A stretch of DNA of 64,000 bases from a virus: the IMG/VR virus record IMGVR_UViG_3300022221_000006, positions 10,180 through 74,179 of that record; one strand, 5' to 3'. Below are positions 1-8,800 of this stretch, piece by piece (positions within the stretch are counted from its first letter, which is position 1; each line of letters begins with the position of its first letter). The position numbers were made by a program, and so were the translations under genes. The notes under the pieces were generated by a model. The model searched no databases and had not been told where the DNA came from. It saw only the letters and a program-made list of their open reading frames with translations.

Positions 1-2
1 AA

Positions 3-1808
3 CTATCAATCTTCAAAAATATAACAAGTTCGAATAACTGGATTTTGCAGGGGAAAGATATCGGGAATTCTGAAAGCGGGGACTATATTCTTTTAAACGC
101 TACTAATACTCTCACGAACACTACATCGGTCAAGTCTATTTTTACGGAAGAAACCGTGAGTCTTGGAATAGCGAGCTATAATACTTCGGGTGTAAGTAAT
201 ATTGCTTACCATTTCTCTTCAGTAGAGGGTGTTTCTAAAGTTGGTAAGTATATTGGTACAGGCGCTATTGGCAATTACGTGGAATGTGGTTTTACACCAG
301 CATTTGTGATGATTAAAAATATAACAACTGCTGAAGATTGGCAAGTGTTAGATGTCATACGTGGAGGTGGAAACTTATTACAAGCCAATACTACTTCAGC
401 GGAACAATCTGTTGTGCTACTAACTATTAATGCTCAAGGTTTTATTCTACTTGGTAGTGGAGGGACTAATAAACTCAATGATGAATATATATTTTTAGCC
501 TTCTCCTTAGCCACTTCAGATGCTACAAAATCATGGACAAATTATAGTTATCCAACTACTGCTGATACACTCAGTATTGCACAAGATACGTTAATTTCAT
601 TTGCTGAAGGATTTAGCGCAGTTGGTCAAACAGATACTCAGGAGAATGTCGGTGCAGGTGTAACTCATACGCTTGGTGTCGGGCATGAAAATAAACACTA
701 CTATATCTACAAAGATAAAGCTGGCGCATTCGGTGTTACCGAGAATCGACCACTGGAAGACTCTGATAAGTGGGGTGATAGATCACCATCTGATGCTACC
801 TTACGTACTACCTCAAGGCATTTTGATTACGAGAGTGATACAGGAGTTGTGTTAGCAAGTGGCGAAAACTCTACTAACTATGCGTATAATGCATTTAATA
901 AAGATATAAATGACATTATTACAGTAGGTAGTTACTGGCAAATTGCGTCCTCTACAATATCTTGGTTACAGTACAAGCAAACCGAGAAACGAATTCTCAA
1001 ATCATGGAGAATAAAAGCACATGGAGACTCTACCGAATTACCTTCACGACTAATCATCCAAGGCTCAAATGATGGTCTTAATTGGATTAATATTGATACT
1101 ACGTATTCAGCTTCTAATTACGTTGGGAGTCTGCTTAATTTGTGGGGAGATCTGCAATCTACTGCAGACAATACTGTAGCCTATTTATACCATAGAATTT
1201 ATATCACAGCTAATAACGGTGATCCTACATATACAGGTTTTAGTGAGTTAGAATTTAACACTATTCTCCCATCAGATCGTTTTGATGTAGCTGAAGGTGT
1301 ACTTTATAACTCTGCTGGTTCTCCTATTGCTAGAACTTATCTCGCTGAGTTCCGTACTGATGACAATGGCGGCGTAATTAATAATACAATCCGTAACTTT
1401 ACTCCAGCTAAGCAAAAATTCACTGAAGCTGAGATTCAAGGGAAGTTAAAAGTTCATGATGAAATTGAGAATAGGGGTATCTGTACGGCATGGGTGAACT
1501 TCGATGGTACTCAGAATCCTCCTTTGATACTGGATAGTTACAATGTAAGCGATGTAGTTGATTTAGGTGTTGGAGCTTACAAAATTATATTTGAAACTCC
1601 GATGGATTTACCTGCTTATACAGTCGCTGGTTACGCACAACATGCGGAGAGTGTTACAGATTCTAGTTTCAATATACGTGGTTACGGGAATTCTATCACT
1701 AAACAGTCTGTGACTGTTCAATCAACTGTGGTAAACGAGACATCATCTGCGAGAACTGATTTAGGCGCAGTATGTGTATCTATATTTGGAGGTAAGAAAA
1801 TACTATGA
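3..1808 (+). CDS. Tail fibre/receptor-binding-like structural protein, 5' truncated by window
   Basis: Frame is open from position 3. Beta-rich. GFTPAFVMIKN..DW repeat, discoidin/F5-8-like segment (WRIK..P..LIIQGSNDG.NW), and C-terminal AWVNFDGT..DSYNVS.V.D.G.G.Y module typical of phage fibre ends. Confidence 0.65.
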   Translation, partial: LSIFKNITSSNNWILQGKDIGNSESGDYILLNATNTLTNTTSVKSIFTEETVSLGIASYNTSGVSNIAYHFSSVEGVSKVGKYIGTGAIGNYVECGFTPAFVMIKNITTAEDWQVLDVIRGGGNLLQANTTSAEQSVVLLTINAQGFILLGSGGTNKLNDEYIFLAFSLATSDATKSWTNYSYPTTADTLSIAQDTLISFAEGFSAVGQTDTQENVGAGVTHTLGVGHENKHYYIYKDKAGAFGVTENRPLEDSDKWGDRSPSDATLRTTSRHFDYESDTGVVLASGENSTNYAYNAFNKDINDIITVGSYWQIASSTISWLQYKQTEKRILKSWRIKAHGDSTELPSRLIIQGSNDGLNWINIDTTYSASNYVGSLLNLWGDLQSTADNTVAYLYHRIYITANNGDPTYTGFSELEFNTILPSDRFDVAEGVLYNSAGSPIARTYLAEFRTDDNGGVINNTIRNFTPAKQKFTEAEIQGKLKVHDEIENRGICTAWVNFDGTQNPPLILDSYNVSDVVDLGVGAYKIIFETPMDLPAYTVAGYAQHAESVTDSSFNIRGYGNSITKQSVTVQSTVVNETSSARTDLGAVCVSIFGGKKIL

Positions 1809-2191
1809 TAGCTTATAATCAAGGAAATGGGCAAATTGCTATTTGCTCTCAAGTATCCAGTGTGCCTGAGGGTGCTCAATATATTGAAACTCATGTAGCT
1901 CCCATGGATAAACTATTTCGATCAGCATGGAGACTAGGTGTTGATTCAATTGAGACTGATCTGTCCGGAGCTAAAATAATTGCTCATAATATGCGTCGAG
2001 CAAAACGAGAGATTGACTTTGCGCCTTATGACGAAATTATTGCTAAGCAGATTCCAGGACATGATGCAATAGCTGCTGAAGCTGCTAGAGCTGATATACG
2101 AACAGCAGATGCGTTACTGCAAAGTAACATAGATGCTTGTTTGGACGAGAACACCCTACGGGGTGTAATAGAACCACTAATAACTGTATAG
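1805..2191 (+). CDS. Putative tail fibre assembly/chaperone-like protein
   Basis: ATGA overlap with fibre gene. FRSAW...AKIIAHNMRR pattern resembles small proteins that follow phage fibres. Confidence 0.5.
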   Translation: MIAYNQGNGQIAICSQVSSVPEGAQYIETHVAPMDKLFRSAWRLGVDSIETDLSGAKIIAHNMRRAKREIDFAPYDEIIAKQIPGHDAIAAEAARADIRTADALLQSNIDACLDENTLRGVIEPLITV

Positions 2192-2200
2192 GAAAATAAA

Positions 2201-2455
2201 ATGGCTTTAACAGAAACAAGAATACCAGATCGAGTAATAACTCTTGAAGATGGGCAAATCGAAATACGTTACGCTAATCGAATCTTTCGGAACGGTAACT
2301 ACGTCACCACAGACTACGACGTCGAGCGTATCGATGTTGGCGAAGATGTGTCAGGGAAAGAAGCATTGGTTCGTGATGTAGTGAACGGAAACGTTTTCAC
2401 CGCCGAGCGTATAGCAGCTAGACAGGCAGTCAAAGATGCTGAAGATCGGCAGTAG
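2201..2455 (+). CDS. Small phage protein (fibre-associated hypothetical)
   Basis: AGGA SD, 84 aa, tightly packed after the fibre genes. Confidence 0.6.
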   Translation: MALTETRIPDRVITLEDGQIEIRYANRIFRNGNYVTTDYDVERIDVGEDVSGKEALVRDVVNGNVFTAERIAARQAVKDAEDRQ

Positions 2456-2819
2456 TGTACTACTATGCTCTCTGATGGGGACAGTCCTAGCGGATGACCT
2501 AGGGATAGGCTTCATAGATCGGACGGTCCATCTTCAAAGTTCAGACTCTGTCTTGAATGAAAACCATCATGGTCTCTACCTACGCTACAAGAGACTACGA
2601 ATAGGAGAATACCGAAATAGCTATAATATGCAAAGTAACCTGTTAAATTATGAACTCAGTGAGCATTCAAATTATAGTACATTTGCAGGCATTGCTGATG
2701 GGTATCCTCAGAATAGACATCTCGGAGAGTACCGAATGATGTTCGGAGTAAGGGTTCGCCTAGGATTCTTGCGACTATTGATAACACCTGCTTTTATTGC
2801 GAGCAGTTACGAATTTTAG
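2436..2819 (+). CDS. Secreted/outer-membrane beta-strand protein (loosely PagP-like)
   Basis: Signal-peptide-like N-terminus (..GTVLA-DD), alternating amphipathic strands, H..LNENHHGL..G.YRNSY pattern, C-terminal Phe (YEF). Confidence 0.45.
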   Translation: MLKIGSSVLLCSLMGTVLADDLGIGFIDRTVHLQSSDSVLNENHHGLYLRYKRLRIGEYRNSYNMQSNLLNYELSEHSNYSTFAGIADGYPQNRHLGEYRMMFGVRVRLGFLRLLITPAFIASSYEF

Positions 2820-2827
2820 GAGAACCT

Positions 2828-3205
2828 ATGGTTATTGTATGTGACGATGACATTTCATGGTTAACCTTCTTCAGCACTTGTGCAGAGAATACATTTGAAG
2901 ATCTTATAATGACACAGTCAGGGAACTCACTCCTTGAGGTGTTAGAAGCACGGGAAGAGCAACCTTGTCTTGTTTTTCTAGATTTGAATATGATTCGAAA
3001 GACAGGAATTGAAACGGCTATTGAAATTAAGAAAATAAATCCCACTATTCCTATAATAGTGATGAGTGCAGACATAACAAGAGATAGACTCAATGACGTC
3101 TACAAAACAGGTCTACAGATGTTCCTTCGAAAGGAGTATAATGTAGAGTATTTCTCACGGAGGTTGGCTAGTATCAAGGAGACCTACCTCCACCACTGTC
3201 AATAA
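2828..3205 (+). CDS. Stand-alone response regulator receiver (CheY-like REC) protein
   Basis: IVCDDD acidic pocket, VFLDLNM phospho-acceptor Asp, G.E.A..IK, PIIVMSA, FLRK Lys. AGGAG SD. Confidence 0.85.
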   Translation: MVIVCDDDISWLTFFSTCAENTFEDLIMTQSGNSLLEVLEAREEQPCLVFLDLNMIRKTGIETAIEIKKINPTIPIIVMSADITRDRLNDVYKTGLQMFLRKEYNVEYFSRRLASIKETYLHHCQ

Positions 3206-3218
3206 GCAGGACGGCGAT

Positions 3219-3647
3219 ATGTTTGAGACCCTATTTTCTGAGGTTAATAATGAAATCATAAAAACTATCGGAGTTGTACTGGTGGGTGTTGTTATTGTGT
3301 TCACCAAGAGCCTATATCGTCAAATTTTGAGGTTACAACTATATGTTTCTAGAAAATGTGAAGAACGTCGACACGCTCGACTCAAGAAACTTGCAAAACT
3401 TCTATGGGATTTGTCTATGGAGGATCAAGTGATGAATGCTCTTGAAGCAGTACAGCATAACAACGATAGAGAACATGAAAGAGTACGTAAGGACGGTGCT
3501 CGGACACTTATGATTTTAGAAGGATTCTTGACGGATAACAAAGCGGAGAACGTCGAAATACGACAAGCTCTCCTTGAAATAAACCAAACGCAACGTGAAA
3601 TAATGCGCCAACTTATGGCGGGTGTTGCAAACAAAGAGGCATATTAA
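3219..3647 (+). CDS. Single-TM membrane protein with coiled-coil C-terminus
   Basis: Hydrophobic IGVVLVGVVIVF segment followed by a charged heptad region. Confidence 0.6.
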   Translation: MFETLFSEVNNEIIKTIGVVLVGVVIVFTKSLYRQILRLQLYVSRKCEERRHARLKKLAKLLWDLSMEDQVMNALEAVQHNNDREHERVRKDGARTLMILEGFLTDNKAENVEIRQALLEINQTQREIMRQLMAGVANKEAY

Positions 3648-3651
3648 AAAG

Positions 3652-3825
3652 ATGAGTGCAGAACCATTAACTGTAAATGACTGTGAATTAATTGTACAGT
3701 TATTAGATCGAGTATCTATTACAGGACATCAAGAACGAGCGGCTATGAATCAAACAGTCGACAAGATCTTACGTCTTCGAGAGAGTCTAGCAAATCCTCC
3801 CGAAATCCCTGATCCCGACGCCTAA
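3652..3825 (+). CDS. Hypothetical protein
   Basis: GAGG upstream of ATG 3652; fills the gap between neighbours. Confidence 0.55.
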   Translation: MSAEPLTVNDCELIVQLLDRVSITGHQERAAMNQTVDKILRLRESLANPPEIPDPDA

Positions 3826-3891
3826 AAGGGGGTGATCAAAATCTACTGTGGAGAGGCCTCTCCATCTCTTTAACAAACCAGGATTATTTAA

Positions 3892-4215
3892 ATGTCTGAA
3901 CAAAAAGTAGCAATGCCGCAAGGTAAAATAAATCTAGAGGTGTCTACCTCTGATGAAAGTGACGTATCGCAGAAAGAGTCTAGCGATGCAATGAAGGCAA
4001 TGGAAGCGCTGGAAGAAGCGAAAGCAGCAGAAGCAAAGGCAATTGAAGAAGCAGCTGCCAATGCGGAACCCTTCACAAGCTCTTTAGATCGAATCCCTTC
4101 GAATTGGCATATTGTCGCAGGTAAGTACAAGAAGACTGTCGATGCCACCAACGAAGTCACAGGTAATACCTTCAGTGGTCCTATCCGTGAATTTAATGCC
4201 AAGCTAAGAGGTTAA
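3892..4215 (+). CDS. Hypothetical protein upstream of portal
   Basis: AGGA SD, Ala/Glu-rich, 107 aa. Confidence 0.7.
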   Translation: MSEQKVAMPQGKINLEVSTSDESDVSQKESSDAMKAMEALEEAKAAEAKAIEEAAANAEPFTSSLDRIPSNWHIVAGKYKKTVDATNEVTGNTFSGPIREFNAKLRG

Positions 4216-4219
4216 TCAA

Positions 4220-5830
4220 ATGACTGTAGCAAACGCCGCTGATGTCACCAGAACAGTAGCAGATCCTAACGCTGAATACCTATCAATGCGTGATATATGG
4301 GATCGAAACAGGGCTGTATGCGGCGGCGAGCGCTACGTAAAGGCCTTAGATCAACGCTTAAGTCCTAGCATGCAAAACATGCTTATTCCTTTTTCCCCAT
4401 CTATGACGCAGCCTCAATATGACTTCTATCGTTTAGAGGCTGAGTTACCTGGGATTGTGTCTCAATTTTCAAAGATGTTGGTAGGAGGTCTTCTGCGCAA
4501 GACCCCTGTACTAACTCTACCTGACGACATGCCTGAAGGTGTCCGTGAGGAGGCTCACGACTGGATCATGAATAGCTTCACCCAGGACAATTCATCAATC
4601 ACATCCTTTCTAGACACCGCCTTGTGGGAAGAGATTCAAACAGGACGTGCCTGGGTATATGTAGATTATCCTTTTGTTGAAGATGCAGATTCACTTACAA
4701 ATGCAGACTTCAGAGAACTTGCTCCATTTCCTATCCTATGGAAGCCTGAAGAGATTGTGAACTGGAAACTTGGAAAGGATGAGAAAGGAAATGCAGTCCT
4801 AAAACAGATCATTGTACGGACACTAGTCGAACAGTATGGTGATACTGAAGACACTGAATTTCATCCTACATTTAAAGATACAGTTTATGTTCATGAACTC
4901 GACAGCGTCGGATATTATCAGATTCGCGTATTCGAAAGAGCTGATGATGTACAAGACGCACCGGTCGTTAATGGAAATCCCTACAAGAAACAATCCGATA
5001 GTAAGGTGGCTTTTCCTCTTGTAGACACGATCACTGGGATCAAAGCAAATGGCGAACGTTTGACACGAATCCCTGCATGGCCTCTTAATGGTAGCATGAA
5101 GATTACTGATCCAATCATTTCCGCTATCGTAGACAAAGAAATCAGTCTATATAATAAAATCAGTCGCCGTAATCACTTACTATATGGTGCTGCTACATAC
5201 ACTCCTGTGATATTCTCCGACATGGGTGAAAAAGAGTTCGACGAAATTGTAGCGAGTGGACTGGGAAGTTGGCTGCGGTTACCTATGGAGGCTAAAGTAG
5301 AGGTTCTAAAGACTCCTACAGATGCTCTGAAAGATATGGAGAAAGCGATTGCAAGTGCTATTGAAGAGATGGCACGCTTAGGGATTCGTATGTTAAGTCC
5401 TGAGACTGCTCAATCAGGGATTGCTCTTGAGATTCGGAATGCTGCCCAGACTGCTCAGCTAGGCTCCTTAAATAACAAGGTGTCTGCGATCATGTCTAAG
5501 ATTATTGCTTTTATGCTGAATTGGCGGTATGATTTAGAATTGACAGATTCTGATGTTGAATTTGACCTTTCATCTGACTTTAATCCCATCCCACTAGGTG
5601 CTGACTGGATTAGACTAGCAACAGAATGGTATGAGAACGGTCTACTTCCACGTAGCGTTTGGCTTCAGATTCTGAAACAGAATGACATTGTCTCTCCTGA
5701 CTATGATGATGAAGACGGTCAGACAGAGATTATTGAAGACGACCTGATACAAGGTCAGGCGAAGGCCGAAAATGAAGATATCCAAGATCAACTTGACAAA
5801 GAACTGGAAGATGAAGATTTAGATGCCTAA
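4220..5830 (+). CDS. Portal protein (DUF4055-type)
   Basis: 536 aa with acidic C-terminus. Motifs Y..R, GRAWVYVDYP, EIVNW. First gene of the head module. Confidence 0.85.
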   Translation: MTVANAADVTRTVADPNAEYLSMRDIWDRNRAVCGGERYVKALDQRLSPSMQNMLIPFSPSMTQPQYDFYRLEAELPGIVSQFSKMLVGGLLRKTPVLTLPDDMPEGVREEAHDWIMNSFTQDNSSITSFLDTALWEEIQTGRAWVYVDYPFVEDADSLTNADFRELAPFPILWKPEEIVNWKLGKDEKGNAVLKQIIVRTLVEQYGDTEDTEFHPTFKDTVYVHELDSVGYYQIRVFERADDVQDAPVVNGNPYKKQSDSKVAFPLVDTITGIKANGERLTRIPAWPLNGSMKITDPIISAIVDKEISLYNKISRRNHLLYGAATYTPVIFSDMGEKEFDEIVASGLGSWLRLPMEAKVEVLKTPTDALKDMEKAIASAIEEMARLGIRMLSPETAQSGIALEIRNAAQTAQLGSLNNKVSAIMSKIIAFMLNWRYDLELTDSDVEFDLSSDFNPIPLGADWIRLATEWYENGLLPRSVWLQILKQNDIVSPDYDDEDGQTEIIEDDLIQGQAKAENEDIQDQLDKELEDEDLDA

Positions 5831-8800
5831 TGTAAATACAGCGATCTATGATGGTAAAGTAGATCGCGCTGCTATGCTACGCCTGTACGAACAGAATACC
5901 CATGGAAAGATAGAAGCTGTCTTTGATGGTCATGTAGTTCGTCTAGATAAGCTAGTGAAGAAGTCTAAAATTAATTCAAAGACTTTCAAAGACTTTCAAA
6001 AGAATCTTGATATCGAATTGAAGAAGACCTACAAGGAAGCCTTTAGTGTTTCTAAAAGGTCACTGCTTGACATGGCAGCAGATCAAATGTCGTTTACATA
6101 CCAGAATTTAGATGCTGCATTAAGTAAGGTGTGGCGCACAAAGAGACCCCAAAGACGTATCTCTGAAGATATTGTCTTAAAACAACCACTCTACGAGAAT
6201 AGAACTCTTGAGATGGGTTGGAAAGGGGTCTCTAAAAACGAACGAAAAAGACTTGCGCAAGTGATTCGTAAAGGTATTGCAGACGGTGATACCGAAGAGA
6301 TCATCGCCAGGAATATCAGAAGAGGCAATGTTCATAAAATAACCCGTAATCAATCGCGATCGTTAGTGACCACTGCAATGACGAGTGTTAATGCTCAGGT
6401 CGATCATAGTGTCTATGTCGAGAATGAAAAAGCACTTCAGGGTTGGCAGTATGTAGCTGTTCTTGACTCAAGTACTACACAGATATGTGCCTCCCGTGAT
6501 GGTAAGATATATGGCGTCGATGACACAGCGTACCTCCCTCCTGCTCATTGGCAGTGTCGTTCGACAATAATCCCTGTGGTTAAGAAGTGGGAAGATCTTG
6601 CAAGTCTAGAGAGCGTTGCTCAGCTGCGTAGAAGAAATATGGCAAAACTAAGCCCTGCTCAGATAGCTAGATACGATGGCCAGACGCCTCTGAAAGAAAC
6701 ATATAATGCCTGGCTCCTGAGACAGCCTTCAAAGATCCAATATACGCATCTAGGTGATTGGCAGAAAGTAGACCTTTTTAACAAAGGGAAGATACATCTT
6801 TCTAAATTTACTTCTCCGGACGGTAAAACATTAGGGATTCGTCAATTGCGTCGGATGACAGATTCTGAGTATGCACCTCCAACAGGTTCTCAACGTTTTG
6901 CATTAGCAAAGGAAAAACTAGATGCGATGAATCTTGGTGCTATCTCTCCTGATGATTTTATAAACGACCGTAAGATGACAAACACCCTAAAGAATTTCTA
7001 CATTCTTCAATCAAAAGAATTGGACGGTACTTTATCACTTACTAACTATAGAGGAAATCTCATAGGAACAAAGAGAGCACAGAAACGAAGAGTGCTTACA
7101 AGACCTCCCAGAGAAGAACAGGTGATTTTCAATCCGGTCACAGGTCGTTATGAAGATTCAAGAATGTTTCAGCCAACACCTTCTGTTCTCGTGAACAATA
7201 TGAGGCTTGTGAATGAGAGTAGTATTCTTAAGGTCGCAGATAAAGAATACATCGATCGTTTTATTGGAAGTCTCTCTGAGTATATGAGTGTAAATGAAAG
7301 AGCTGTCGTGGCTGATAATCTGAGAATTCTCTTCACAAGATATCGAAAGAACCCCGAGAATTGGGTTAACTTTAAAGCCATTTCACAAGCACAGATTAAG
7401 TTTGACGTAATGAATGTCTCTGACACAATCGAGACACAGCTCAGAAGCGATGCGAATCTACTGAAGAAGCTTAAGCAGGATAATTACATTGACCCTGTCC
7501 TAGGTCCTGTTACCTTTGAAGATCTTGACAAACACTTCATAAGTAATATATTAGAACGTAATAAATGGGAAGATCGTATTGCTCCTAAAATCTCAGAGGA
7601 ACTCCGTGACGTTTTCGATCACAACATACCATTTAAAATACGAAGACGTTTGAGTGATTCAAATTTACAGCAGTTCTATCTAAAATTTGCACATAGACTT
7701 TCTCTGGCAGACAGTCCTGATGTAGACCAGCTAGCGGCTGCTTTAGGTCGTGATCTGTACAATCTTGCGAACTATAATGGCAATCGTCGACAATGGTATG
7801 ACCTAGGTAAGAAACTTTTAGAGTCGAATAATAAATTCTTCGAACTAGAAACCTTTGGAGTTCAGAAAAGACGTATGAAAAGTAGAATGAGTGGTCAGCT
7901 ATTTGGACCTTATTACGACACGTTCTCTTACAACATTCGCATCACAGACCCTCGTATCCAGAGGTATTCTCAGCTAAATAGAAAGATTGAGGTAGGTCTC
8001 AGGATCGGTGTCACAGATGTCGGTAATCGACTGGTCTTTCGAGAAGGTTATAAAACGTACTTCATCAAAAACCGTCTTGGCCTCTACACAGACACTCGGA
8101 TACCAATTACGTCAACAAGCAGTTTTATGGACTTTCCAGAAGGTCTTATAGACAAAGAAATGGCCGCATCTTTGAACTGGGCAGCTAAGACTGAGTATCG
8201 AATCGATGAGGACTTCTACGACTCGATCATGCATATAATGAACTTCACAGACGATAAAGGTAAGGCAAAATACTTCGATGATATAAACGAGTACCGTAAA
8301 TATATAGCAGCTAGAGGTGATGCGTATGAAAGATTTAAAGCGATGGAGTGGTTTCGTAAGAGAGGAGTTGCTTTTAGTAATCATCCTTTTGTTGACCACC
8401 GTGTGCGTATCTATGACCGTGGCTTTATCGGTCCTCAGTCTGGTGAAACTTTTAGACCTTTCCTGAATACTGCCAAGGAGAAAGTCTTAGGCATCGATAA
8501 CTTTAGAAATCTGCAAGATCAAATTGGAGCTTTCTTAGGAGGTCTCGATGACTATTTTGAAGGTCGTTATAACTCTCTAAGTGTGACAGGGCGACAGAAG
8601 ATTGCAATAAAATGGCGTAAAGAGCTGGTTACTATTGGAAATCATATGATACGAAATAAGCCAAATGATGTCCGTAAGATTCTTCAGTCAGACATGGTGG
8701 CTAGAATCGAAGGTGAAGAATTAGGTAAGTTTCTCAGATTCGCAATTGAAGTTGCTAAGATAGATAATTATCTAGACGGTGTCTATAACAAAACCTCTCT

